A stretch of DNA of 36,849 bases from a virus (lineage: Duplodnaviria; Caudoviricetes): positions 1-36,849 of the IMG/VR virus record IMGVR_UViG_3300025841_000012; one strand, written 5' to 3'. The first letter of the stretch is position 1. The number at the start of each line of letters is the position of its first letter. Of this stretch, positions 15,249 to 24,324 are shown piece after piece. A program made the translations under genes and the position numbers. Below the pieces are notes generated by a model that was not told the origin of the DNA, did not search any database, and saw only the letters and a program-made list of their open reading frames with translations.

Positions 15249-15407
15249 TTATCCCTTCAGGTGTATCTCGATGCCGCCAGAGTCCGACTGCACCTCGACG
15301 AGTTGCAAATCGTACTCGAGGACATCGTCTGCAATTCTGATTGGCGTCGAGTCAGGGTACGATTTGGATAGCGCCAGTAGTTCAGCGATGAGTTGTTGCA
15401 AATTCAT
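15249..15407 (-). CDS. Small hypothetical protein (52 aa, MNLQQLIAELLALSKSYPDSTPIRIADD...EIHLKG), below the ORF-track cut-off
   Basis: Hand-translated ATG 15407 to TAA 15249. It fills the gap, ends 3 nt before the next start, and has a typical small phage protein pattern (M..L..L...PD..I.I). Confidence 0.75.
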   Translation of the reverse strand: MNLQQLIAELLALSKSYPDSTPIRIADDVLEYDLQLVEVQSDSGGIEIHLKG

Positions 15408-15445
15408 AATAATTTATCCGATGAGTTCCTGTAGTAGTGTCAAGA

Positions 15446-17185
15446 TTATGCGTCCGACACACTTGATATGGTTGCCGATCCGCCTGTGGCTGACAATGAG
15501 CTAGTTGTATTAGCGGGTTTAATGCTGTCCAAAAAACTAGGCCCAGTACCACCAAAACGCGCCGACACATACAACGTCTGCGCCCCGCCAGATTGAATCG
15601 TGTTAAACGATATAGTAGGGCCAGTAGCGGCCGCATCAATGTAGCTAATGTATATGTTGGCACCGGCGGCGGCGTTATTAGTTGAAAAGTCGTGAGCAGT
15701 GATTGTGAATGTTTTAGTCCCTGAATTCACCGCCGAGTACGGATGCCGCGTGAACCTTCCGTCAGCGCGCTTAATGCGGATTGTCCCACTTGCTGGGGTG
15801 TTTGCTGGAATTGCTTCGACAACAACAACTGAAGTGACTGCAACACCATTCAGCAGCGCGGCGTTAGATAGTTGTGACTCAAGCAGACCACCCGCTCCAT
15901 TCTCCGGCCCGACCATAACCCGATAGCCCGTAGCCAAGCCGCCGACAGTGAAAGTGACATTGTTTGGCGGCTGACGAGTCGTACCATCAAGAGCAGTGAT
16001 TTTGTCATTCACTGCAAGGTCAACGTACTCAAGCGAGAAGCCGTACGAACCAACCAGAGACGAGCCAGTGGATTGACCGCACATCGGGGTCGAGATTGCC
16101 CGGCTTGTAACGATGCCTGCCGTGGCCGTCACAACTCCCTGTGTCAATGTATTGGCAGAGGGGATAACTCCGGTCAGCAGTTGGATGTACAACGTACCCG
16201 CTGTGCCGCCGTCGTTGTCTGCAAGAATCTGTCCAGTGCCAGCGGTAACGCCCGTGCCCCAAGACAATGGCGTAGCACCGCCCTGCGTGAAGCTGCCACC
16301 TGCTTGCGCCGTGTATGCTACCGAATGAGTGATACCACGGAACAATTCACCTGTCAGCCCGTACAGTGTTGTCGCCATGCCGTTGCGGGTCTTCCACTTC
16401 ATGTACTCGTAGAATGTGTTGATGCTGTTCGCACCACGATCCCACTTGGAATAGTATTGCTCATCGACTGCATTGTTATCCACATCAATCAGATTGAATC
16501 CAGACGTGACGTTGGTGATGTCGGCCAATGCCGCAATCGTTCCAATAACTGTTTGGTTGTTCAAGTCATCGGAGTAGGTCAACGGGACGGAGTTCTTGCC
16601 ACGATCCGTTGACGGGATACGGAACTCGGAGAATGTCTTACCCCATTCGCGCGTGGTGAATATCAAAGACCCGTTGTCAATGCTCACGCCTGCGGATTTG
16701 ACCTTGACCATGAACTGCATGGCAATACCGTTCGCTTCATCAGGATTGATACCATTCTCTACCTCACCGAACGGGGTGTTATTCCAGAACTTATTTGTCA
16801 GAACGGCGTTATTTTGAATGACATTAACCACTACACCTCGGTTGGCAATGATGGAAATGCCATCATAAATAGCTTCAGTTCCGCCCGATCCCTGGATAAT
16901 CGACCCACCATAAATAAATTCGCTGGCAGGAGTGACATAAGCGTCATCGAGGCTAAACCCATTCAGTAACTGAATAATAGTTGCGAACTTTTTATCTGAC
17001 GGGTTCGGCACGGTGATGTCGATGAAGTCGTCACCGGACATAGTTCCATCATCCGCGCGATCTTGTAGAAAGCGGTGTAATTCCAGCACCGTGATGTAAT
17101 TAGCTGCGGCGGTGCCGTGAGCGCCCCCGATATAACGGAGTGTTCTATCGCTGCGAACTTCCCATTTTGTGCTATCTAATGCCAT
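15446..17185 (-). CDS. Putative virion structural/fibre-module protein (579 aa)
   Basis: AGGAG RBS. G/T/A/S-rich beta-strand composition; N-terminal TVLELHRFLQDRADD motif. Confidence 0.85.
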   Translation of the reverse strand: MALDSTKWEVRSDRTLRYIGGAHGTAAANYITVLELHRFLQDRADDGTMSGDDFIDITVPNPSDKKFATIIQLLNGFSLDDAYVTPASEFIYGGSIIQGSGGTEAIYDGISIIANRGVVVNVIQNNAVLTNKFWNNTPFGEVENGINPDEANGIAMQFMVKVKSAGVSIDNGSLIFTTREWGKTFSEFRIPSTDRGKNSVPLTYSDDLNNQTVIGTIAALADITNVTSGFNLIDVDNNAVDEQYYSKWDRGANSINTFYEYMKWKTRNGMATTLYGLTGELFRGITHSVAYTAQAGGSFTQGGATPLSWGTGVTAGTGQILADNDGGTAGTLYIQLLTGVIPSANTLTQGVVTATAGIVTSRAISTPMCGQSTGSSLVGSYGFSLEYVDLAVNDKITALDGTTRQPPNNVTFTVGGLATGYRVMVGPENGAGGLLESQLSNAALLNGVAVTSVVVVEAIPANTPASGTIRIKRADGRFTRHPYSAVNSGTKTFTITAHDFSTNNAAAGANIYISYIDAAATGPTISFNTIQSGGAQTLYVSARFGGTGPSFLDSIKPANTTSSLSATGGSATISSVSDA

Positions 17186-17283
17186 AATTGTCTCCTGTAA
17201 ATGTTCAAGCTCTAACAGAATGGATCAATTTACCTTCTTTGATGTCCGTATGTGCATTTGCCGCACTCGACATTGATGAATGA

Positions 17284-17577
17284 TTACTGATTTGATCCTT
17301 TTTTATCGTACTGCGCTGTTGCCGTTATGTGCGTCATAAAACCCTTGGCATCACGATCAACCTTAAATTCCCATTTTTTAACATCCTGTTTTTCGTTCAA
17401 CGTTATTTGCTTTGAATCCACCGCTATAAGCGCATCCGCAATAGCCTTTGAGATCATCGCAGCCATCTTCTCGTTTGATTTGCTTATCTCGACAACCGCA
17501 ACAGCCAAGGCCGAACCGATCTCTTCCCCGGTAGTGGGTGGCGTTAAATCTTCCAGTGTGTCAAATAGGCTGCTCAT
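17284..17577 (-). CDS. Hypothetical protein opening the fibre-like module (97 aa)
   Basis: Likely start ATG 17577, overlapping the TGA of the 863-aa gene (the track starts at 17583). C-terminal KKWEFKVDRDAKGFMTHIT hairpin motif. Confidence 0.8.
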   Translation of the reverse strand: MSSLFDTLEDLTPPTTGEEIGSALAVAVVEISKSNEKMAAMISKAIADALIAVDSKQITLNEKQDVKKWEFKVDRDAKGFMTHITATAQYDKKGSNQ

Positions 17578-20165
17578 AAACACTTCAGTAACGCTTCAAG
17601 TTTCGTTATACGCTGGTTGGCGGCAAGCACTGCTTTTTGTGCGCTGACCTGCTTACGCTTAGTCTTTCCATCAACCACTTTTTCCAGCGTTATTCTAAGC
17701 GATTTTGGGATGTCGTTGACGGAAATTGTTTGAGGCGTTACTTTGATTGGTTTTTCTGGTTCTGTGGCTGGATTGGCTGACTGTCCGAACATATCCACCA
17801 CGCCGGTCTGCGCCATTCGTTTCACTTCCTCATTGGACTGCCCAAGCGCGAAGTTGTCGGATGCCACAGTGTTGACGTTGCGCTTCTGGGTGGCGTCTTC
17901 CTGCTTGCTTTCTGCCGATAACTTGGCAATCAGGTATGCGGCATAATCGTATGCTGTTTTACCAAGGTCGTAACCACCAACTTCATAGACGTTCTTTTTT
18001 CCAGCCTCTTTTTTCCTACGGTTATAGTCATCCTGCTCCTGCTGATTCATCCTATTCCATTGCTGGTTCGACTTTGGTTTGATTACATCTGCCTGATAAA
18101 TGCTTAAACTTTCACCGGCTGCAACTAAACGCCTGACAGTATCGCGCAGTGTTGTTTGTATGTTATCAGCACGTATTTGCGCATCAAGCGTAGCCTTTAC
18201 CTTCCCAAGTTGAAGAGGGGTTAATTCACTACCAAAACCATCAATGTTATTTTTCTCAACAACTGCTTTGTCGTTCGCAATTTTATTTGCATCGCTTGCT
18301 TCTTTTGCGCGTGCAAACTGCGCTAATTTGTTTTTCCTTTCAACTTCACCTTCTGGAGTAATAGAAAATTCATTTCTCTTAACTACTCCTTCGATCTGGT
18401 CAACACTATAACGACGCATTGTTCCATCAGGACTTTGTACCTCGTACAAATCGCCAGAGTTAAACTTAAGCCTTTGAGTAATACGCTGCGTTCCCCATTC
18501 AGAAGCCCATTCTCGGCCTATATTTTTATCTTCGGCTGGCTCGCTTACTGCATTGTCAGCACCAGCGCGTCCAGTATCCAATCCTCCGGCTGCAATATCA
18601 TTCTGGTTGCCATGCTGATACTCCTTCCGCCATTGAGCTTGAGCATCTTCGCTATCAGGGATAGATTTACTGGCTATCCAGTCGGCGTACTCTAGGCGCG
18701 TTGGTTTTGGTGTCGATTCTGATTGCGCTTCGCTCTGGATGGTTTGGGCGGCTTCTTCTGCGGTGCTTTGGACATTGATGTTTCCTTGTGGTTGTAAAAC
18801 TTGGCTTGGATGAATTACGCCTGAATCAATGCCGGCTTGTGCCGCTGTGCCGATCGCGCCATTACCGACTGATTGTTTGGCAATATCAAGTTGATCCTGT
18901 GCAAGTTGCAGATTCCAAGCCTTGTCACTCTCCGATTGTTTTTGTGCCGACTGCTGTTCCTGTATTAGTTCATAGGCTTTAGCTTCCTGATACTTGCGCA
19001 TCGCTTCCTGCAACTTGAGCGCCATTACGGTTTTTGGAGTTGTATTCGGTGCTGGTGGGGAGAATTGTAGTGCGCCTTGATTCTGATCGGCTTCTTTGGA
19101 TGGCTGCGCAACGTATTCGCTTTGGATTGCGCCAGATGGTGTTAAATCGAACGGGGTGGCAGGTGCGGTCGTGCTAGGTGCTGGCTTATCTTTTATTACA
19201 TCCTGTGGTTTCCGTGTTGTTAGTTTATCGTATCCACGCGAGGCGATCCCTCCTGCTCCGGCCATCAGTGTTGTTTGTAGGATAGTTGGGGCGGCCACCT
19301 CTTTTAACGAAGTTGCCCAATCGATTATAGATGAATAATTTCTTTGCTGTTCATCGGTTAAACCAGCGATTGATTCTTGGCGTTGCTGTATCTGCTGTGT
19401 AACCATTTCGGTTGCAAGCTCTGTGCCGTACATGGAGGCAAGTTTTTTGAATGCGCGCGCGACAATCGTTTTCCCAAACCCACCGCCTTTGCCACGCAAA
19501 ATAGCAAAATCAATCACATTGCCAAGTGCCTCCGGGATAGCCTCTGCTTTACCGTAAGCGGCAGTTTCAGCCTTGTTTTTTTCAACTATAGGCGCAAATT
19601 CTGCCGCCGTCAGTTCACGCCCGGCATCTTGTTCGGCTTTTGTTTTTAAGTCGTGCAGGAATTGGTTTTTACTGATTCTATCTGCGGTCACGCCAGAAGC
19701 CACTCCGCCCGCCGTGTAACCGGCAGCTATCCCTGTGACGGGGGTAGCCAATGATCCTGCGACACCGGCAGGAACGGCAGCGGCTAGTCCGGCCGCCATA
19801 CCTGCACCAGAAAACCCTAAACTTTGCCCAAACCCTTGAATATCTTTGGTACTCACACCGGGGATTGCCGTACCTGTTTCTTCTTGCGACATTTCAGATG
19901 CACGTCTGGCAGACAAATCTCTTGAGTTCTTGATAAGCCTTTCAGACAAGCTATTTTTAGCATCTTCGCCAACAGGAATATCCTCGCCCTGATAAGCAGC
20001 AGCAGCAGCGCCTGCCAAGTGTTCCGGCACGTCTATGATCTGTTTACCGAGTTCCTTAATTGTCGAACCAAGCCCTAGCGGTTTAGGCGTGGCAATCGGG
20101 TCAGCATCCCAAAAGTTGCTTGTCGGCTTGGAAACTATTTGATCGGCATCCCAAAAATTAGCCAT
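17574..20165 (-). CDS. Putative ejection/DNA-transfer (internal virion) protein, 863 aa
   Basis: Position after the tail genes. Tandem N-terminal NFWDAD motifs, Gly/Ala-rich hydrophobic helices (GFSGAGMAAGLAAAVPAGVAGS...), long Q/P/A linker, ends LEALLKCL. Confidence 0.85.
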   Translation of the reverse strand: MANFWDADQIVSKPTSNFWDADPIATPKPLGLGSTIKELGKQIIDVPEHLAGAAAAAYQGEDIPVGEDAKNSLSERLIKNSRDLSARRASEMSQEETGTAIPGVSTKDIQGFGQSLGFSGAGMAAGLAAAVPAGVAGSLATPVTGIAAGYTAGGVASGVTADRISKNQFLHDLKTKAEQDAGRELTAAEFAPIVEKNKAETAAYGKAEAIPEALGNVIDFAILRGKGGGFGKTIVARAFKKLASMYGTELATEMVTQQIQQRQESIAGLTDEQQRNYSSIIDWATSLKEVAAPTILQTTLMAGAGGIASRGYDKLTTRKPQDVIKDKPAPSTTAPATPFDLTPSGAIQSEYVAQPSKEADQNQGALQFSPPAPNTTPKTVMALKLQEAMRKYQEAKAYELIQEQQSAQKQSESDKAWNLQLAQDQLDIAKQSVGNGAIGTAAQAGIDSGVIHPSQVLQPQGNINVQSTAEEAAQTIQSEAQSESTPKPTRLEYADWIASKSIPDSEDAQAQWRKEYQHGNQNDIAAGGLDTGRAGADNAVSEPAEDKNIGREWASEWGTQRITQRLKFNSGDLYEVQSPDGTMRRYSVDQIEGVVKRNEFSITPEGEVERKNKLAQFARAKEASDANKIANDKAVVEKNNIDGFGSELTPLQLGKVKATLDAQIRADNIQTTLRDTVRRLVAAGESLSIYQADVIKPKSNQQWNRMNQQEQDDYNRRKKEAGKKNVYEVGGYDLGKTAYDYAAYLIAKLSAESKQEDATQKRNVNTVASDNFALGQSNEEVKRMAQTGVVDMFGQSANPATEPEKPIKVTPQTISVNDIPKSLRITLEKVVDGKTKRKQVSAQKAVLAANQRITKLEALLKCL
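18545..18613 (-). CDS. Candidate nested +1-frame micro-ORF, 22 aa (MATRMILQPEDWILDALVLTMQ)
   Basis: AAGGAG (18626-18621) 7 nt before ATG 18613, TAA at 18545; lies in a linker of the host protein. Confidence 0.4.
   Translation of the reverse strand: MATRMILQPEDWILDALVLTMQ
18692..18775 (-). CDS. Candidate nested +1-frame basic micro-ORF, 27 aa (MSKAPQKKPPKPSRAKRNQNRHQNQRA)
   Basis: AAGGA (18787-18783) 7 nt before ATG 18775, TAG at 18692; lies in a linker of the host protein. Confidence 0.3.
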   Translation of the reverse strand: MSKAPQKKPPKPSRAKRNQNRHQNQRA

Positions 20166-20167
20166 GA

Positions 20168-21307
20168 TTAGCGTTTAATCCTGGTTGTTCCGTCTGGGGC
20201 GGTGTATTGCGTTCCACTGGGTAATGCTGCAAGTTGTTCTGCTGTGCTAATAGCAACAGGCGCACCATGTTGAATTTGTGTTTTTGGAACACCCAAGTTT
20301 AGCTTCTCCGCCTGCCCTGTCTGTGTGTTAATGCGCACAATATCCTGAGTAGGAATCATACCGGTTGGGTCTGTACCCTTAACCTGTTCAAATTTATATT
20401 GCTCACCGACCGGACCGGATAAGTCATGTATCTTCTGGATCAGCGCAGTACGTTTAGGGTCGTTCGCTGGCAGCGCCGCCAATTGGGTATGTAGTCCTTG
20501 CAAATATTGCTGCTCGGCAATTTTCAGCCTCTCTGCACCCATCGTCTGTACGCTTTGCGCGATACTTTGTTGCTGCGCTTCTCTACGCCCTAATGAGTCA
20601 TACGTCTCAAGTGCATTTTTTTGTTGTGCGATACCTTGCCCTGCGACACGATCTGCGTTCTCGCTTTGCGCGTTGTAAATTCCAAGCGCTTGATTGTTGT
20701 TGGCCTGATTCATACGTCCACGCAACTTAGTCAAACCAAGCGCCATTGCCGCACCGCCTGCATTTGTAGGGGTTTGTGTTGGGGTCATATCGGCAATATC
20801 TGACTTACTGAACACAGGGTTTGGGGTAGCCAATCCTGAAGGCGCATTTAGTTGTTGGATGGATTGCATTTGTCGTTTAGGCGCTTGAATAACTTGCTGT
20901 TGTGGCGTGAATTGCGTTATTCCTCTGCCGGTCAGACTTCCTGAACCTTTGCTCATCGCATTGTTATAGTTCAAAGGTGCTGCTCCAGGCGCTTGTGTAC
21001 CTCGCCGTGGATCGTTGACTGATCGTAGCGTGTCGTATTTTTCTGGTTGTTGTACTGCCTGTTGAATAATCGTGGGCGCTTTCGCAATACCATAAGCAGG
21101 GTCAGCTCCGCTGCGTGACGGGGTTGGCATCATCGCATTAACCGCGCCAATGGTTGTATTTTTAGCAGCCTCCCCTATAGCGCCTAATGGCAAAATCGCA
21201 TTTGCAACCTTAAACGGGGCTTTTGCTGCTCGCCTTAAATAGTTCGCAATGCCAGACTTAGCTTCCTCAACGGATAATTGTGGGTCTGTTTGATAGTCTC
21301 TTGCCAT
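20168..21307 (-). CDS. Putative ejection (internal virion) protein, 379 aa
   Basis: AAGGAG RBS. Q/A/P-rich; C-terminal ISTAEQLAALPSGTQYTAPDGTTRIKR motif typical of podovirus ejection proteins. Confidence 0.82.
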   Translation of the reverse strand: MARDYQTDPQLSVEEAKSGIANYLRRAAKAPFKVANAILPLGAIGEAAKNTTIGAVNAMMPTPSRSGADPAYGIAKAPTIIQQAVQQPEKYDTLRSVNDPRRGTQAPGAAPLNYNNAMSKGSGSLTGRGITQFTPQQQVIQAPKRQMQSIQQLNAPSGLATPNPVFSKSDIADMTPTQTPTNAGGAAMALGLTKLRGRMNQANNNQALGIYNAQSENADRVAGQGIAQQKNALETYDSLGRREAQQQSIAQSVQTMGAERLKIAEQQYLQGLHTQLAALPANDPKRTALIQKIHDLSGPVGEQYKFEQVKGTDPTGMIPTQDIVRINTQTGQAEKLNLGVPKTQIQHGAPVAISTAEQLAALPSGTQYTAPDGTTRIKR

Positions 21308-21319
21308 GATCGTTACTCC

Positions 21320-22330
21320 TTAAATGTTTGCGCCAACCGAGATTGTGCTGTTGCGTGTTGCCATTGCTGCGGCTGCGACAGCGGCATTATGAGCGGCTGA
21401 TGCGATGGCGGTACGTGCTTGTACATCGGCGGCATCCACTCTGGATGAAATAACGGAAGTTGCGCCGCCCATATTGATTTCTTCCATTCGCAAATCTTGT
21501 GAACGATTTTCCAGTAGCGTATTGATACGGAATTTTTCCTCGTCAACTTCAGCGGAATAAACTGCGACGGCTTGACGATAGAAGGCTTCTTTGGCATTTC
21601 CGATTGTCTTGGCATAATCAGCCGCATCGGATTGCACCATCGCGGTACGAATGAACGTGCCAAGCGCACCGACGAACTGCGCGCGCAAGGAAACGGCCTG
21701 CGTAATAGCGAACTTGTGATTTTCGTTCAGTGTATCGAATGCCTTAAATGCAATCTCTCGATTTATCCCGGAAAGTTTGAGTTGTGAATCTTGTTGGATC
21801 GTGGCAATAGTGTGATTAACGACACCCGTTGGTATTGAAAATCCTCGCGCAGCAGAAGCGTTGATAACTTCCTGTTCAGCGCGCAATGCTTCCTGCACTT
21901 CACGGTCTTTGGCGCGGTTATACAGTGCATTTTCAACCGCAATCGGCACGCCTCGACCATTGATGATAATGTCAATCAATGCGGCATCTGAGCCAGTCTT
22001 TAGTGTAGTGGAAATATCAGGAAAAAAAGTTGCCAGGAAGTTCTGAATCTGCGGCTGTATGGTGGCATGTAAAGTAGCCAGCGAATTATTGTATGCCGTC
22101 TGAACGTCGGTACTGAAGTCAGTCGCGGCATTAGGTTTGACTTGAGCGACAGCGGTAATATCAATTGGATTTGCTGCGGCATTGACAGTCTGCCAGCCAA
22201 TACCCGCAACAGCATTATTCGCCCGCAATAATGCAGACTCAGCCTTGTTGAGCGCGGTATTCGCTAAATTTTTTGCATCAGTATAATCACTTGCGGCTTG
22301 GGTAACTAATTGATCGGCTGTTGTGGTCAA
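21320..22330 (-). CDS. Putative ejection (internal virion) protein, about 336 aa, alpha-helical and Ala-rich
   Basis: Likely TTG start at 22330, 5 nt after AGGAGG (the track starts at ATG 22348). Motif ASAARGFSIPTG; coiled-coil-like composition. Confidence 0.82.
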   Translation of the reverse strand: MTTTADQLVTQAASDYTDAKNLANTALNKAESALLRANNAVAGIGWQTVNAAANPIDITAVAQVKPNAATDFSTDVQTAYNNSLATLHATIQPQIQNFLATFFPDISTTLKTGSDAALIDIIINGRGVPIAVENALYNRAKDREVQEALRAEQEVINASAARGFSIPTGVVNHTIATIQQDSQLKLSGINREIAFKAFDTLNENHKFAITQAVSLRAQFVGALGTFIRTAMVQSDAADYAKTIGNAKEAFYRQAVAVYSAEVDEEKFRINTLLENRSQDLRMEEINMGGATSVISSRVDAADVQARTAIASAAHNAAVAAAAMATRNSTISVGANI

Positions 22331-22372
22331 GGTATCCTCCTGATGCATGGCTTATGGGTAGGTTATTTACTA

Positions 22373-22404
22373 TTTTCTACGCCCAATCATTTGAAAATAC
22401 AAGC
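22373..22404 (-). promoter_or_regulatory. Candidate promoter upstream of the ejection genes: GCTTGTAT-N14-GCG-TAGAAAA
   Basis: Intergenic. Identical anchors and spacing (GCTTG-N17-GCGTAGAAAA) to the site upstream of portal. Confidence 0.55.
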
Positions 22405-22410
22405 TACCTT

Positions 22411-24324
22411 TTAGCCCGCCTTGATCGCCTTCACCAACTCATACAGCAAGGGCTTGCCGATCTTGAATTCGCCTGATTTCCAGTCCTTGTCGCGCTCCTT
22501 AATGTAGGCACGAACATCCGGCCAGTGCAACCCGTTATAGGTGACGACGCAGTTGATTGAATCTTCACTCCATACGACACCTGCTGGCAGGTCAACGATC
22601 TTGGATTGCACCTCATTACCGTCTTTGTCGAGCAGCGGCTTCCATTTTTTGAACGTCAGCTCTCCGGTCTGCCAATCGAAATTATAGACTGCCGTACCAT
22701 ATAACTCCACCTGAGTACCATCCTCAGTACCACCCTCAATACCATCCTCTCTAACAGGGAAAATGCCGAGTGATGTTCCGGTTGCGGCATATCCTGCACC
22801 GTCAGCAATCAACCCTACAGGGGATAGTTCGATGGTTGTAACGCCAAACAGCGAAACATCATCAAATATGCTTGATGGTGTTTTGGTGACTGTATTACCA
22901 ATAAATATATTTGATGTAGCATTTACTAATTGATGTTTATATACTTCTTGACGATACACTTTAAAAAAATCAGGAAGCGTTCCAACAAGACTGTTTTTAT
23001 ATATATCGACATTGTATCCATTACCAAAATCGCCATCTTGCACAACCCCATTCCAAACAATCCCAGGGTGCGCTCTTCTGGTTTCTGTTGATTTATGTGA
23101 GTTATGCACATAGTCATTCTTAATTACTGCTACATCTGATATGTACTGATAATACGTTAAATTTCCAATCGGCATTATTGTGGATAAGGCGTATCCTCCT
23201 GTATCACTATTATATAATCTTGAGACTGATTTGGTATAACCCAGCGTATCGTTTTCATCAGATTCATCAGATACCCAATTTGAAAAATGGCTTACTATTC
23301 TAAGATAAGAAGAACTTGGATTTGAAAAATTATTCACCGACGTTACTGTTATTGTTCGTGTTCCATCAGCCGTCCATGTTTTTGTTACTGTTTTCCCATC
23401 AACGATAATGTCGTATGAGTAAGTTCTTGCCCTGCGGAAAACTATCGTTCCAGGATATTGTAAAAAATCCGTTGAATCGCTTACCATTTCATCTATTTTA
23501 TGTGTAACGGTAATAGGTGACGAATAAAATGCATGGGAAGCCAAAGAGCTTCCTTTGATTTTATTATTCCATCCATCTGGTAAAGTTCCAGTTTTTAATT
23601 TTGAAATATGCGAATCAGAACTTTTCTTTAAGGTTGCTGAAAAACGAATCATCATTTGCGCTACCGTTTCTAGCGTTGGTCCATATCCTTTTTGTACTAA
23701 ACCCAGTGATTCATCCTGATCCATAAGTGATTCCCTGGATGGCGTAATAGGCTGCAAAAAATCGTAGTTTGACCATTCATAGCCTGTATGCGCGTCATCA
23801 GCAATGTGCGTGCCGGATAATAACAACCATGCACCTGTGTCGTTTGGCCCTCTCTGGCCGGAAAAAGCGCCCGCACCTAAGCGTGGTGTCCACCCATACC
23901 CGCCTCCGAACATATTCCCGTAAGTACACCAATTAGACCAGACTTGCGGCGATAGATTATTTTGCGCGTAGCTGCCTGAACCTGAAACAATAAAATTACC
24001 TTTGCTGTCGTACGCTTTCCATTCTTGTGTAAAAACTTGATTAAATCCAGGTGCGTTATTTGATGTATAAGATATAAGCATCACCGGCCCGCCGGTGTAC
24101 TTATCAGGATTAGGCATACTCACGCCCACGTAGTCCGTGCCTGTCGGTGTGGTGTAGCAGGTGTTCTTGAATGGATGGTACTCGACTATCACGCCTGACA
24201 TTTCATCGGTAACGATGTAAACGCCCACCTTCTGAGCACTGCGCGTAGAGGTGACGCGGATTGCCGCCTGTATTTCTTCAACAGTCGGAGCGCCGCCGTT
24301 CTTGCTGATGACATGGGGGATCAT
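22411..24324 (-). CDS. Tail-associated hypothetical protein (637 aa) with an AT-rich variable core
   Basis: ATGA overlap with the upstream gene. Y/W/G/S/T-rich; termini about 50% GC, core about 28% GC in sampled lines. Confidence 0.82.
   Translation of the reverse strand: MIPHVISKNGGAPTVEEIQAAIRVTSTRSAQKVGVYIVTDEMSGVIVEYHPFKNTCYTTPTGTDYVGVSMPNPDKYTGGPVMLISYTSNNAPGFNQVFTQEWKAYDSKGNFIVSGSGSYAQNNLSPQVWSNWCTYGNMFGGGYGWTPRLGAGAFSGQRGPNDTGAWLLLSGTHIADDAHTGYEWSNYDFLQPITPSRESLMDQDESLGLVQKGYGPTLETVAQMMIRFSATLKKSSDSHISKLKTGTLPDGWNNKIKGSSLASHAFYSSPITVTHKIDEMVSDSTDFLQYPGTIVFRRARTYSYDIIVDGKTVTKTWTADGTRTITVTSVNNFSNPSSSYLRIVSHFSNWVSDESDENDTLGYTKSVSRLYNSDTGGYALSTIMPIGNLTYYQYISDVAVIKNDYVHNSHKSTETRRAHPGIVWNGVVQDGDFGNGYNVDIYKNSLVGTLPDFFKVYRQEVYKHQLVNATSNIFIGNTVTKTPSSIFDDVSLFGVTTIELSPVGLIADGAGYAATGTSLGIFPVREDGIEGGTEDGTQVELYGTAVYNFDWQTGELTFKKWKPLLDKDGNEVQSKIVDLPAGVVWSEDSINCVVTYNGLHWPDVRAYIKERDKDWKSGEFKIGKPLLYELVKAIKAG

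Noticed and set aside
15382-15663. 93-aa minus-strand ORF from the track
   Set aside because: Overlaps the 579-aa gene; the gap is better explained by the 52-aa gene at 15249-15407.
17186-17283. Possible 22-aa ORF MSSAANAHTDIKEGKLIHSVRA in the gap
   Set aside because: No RBS; too short to support.
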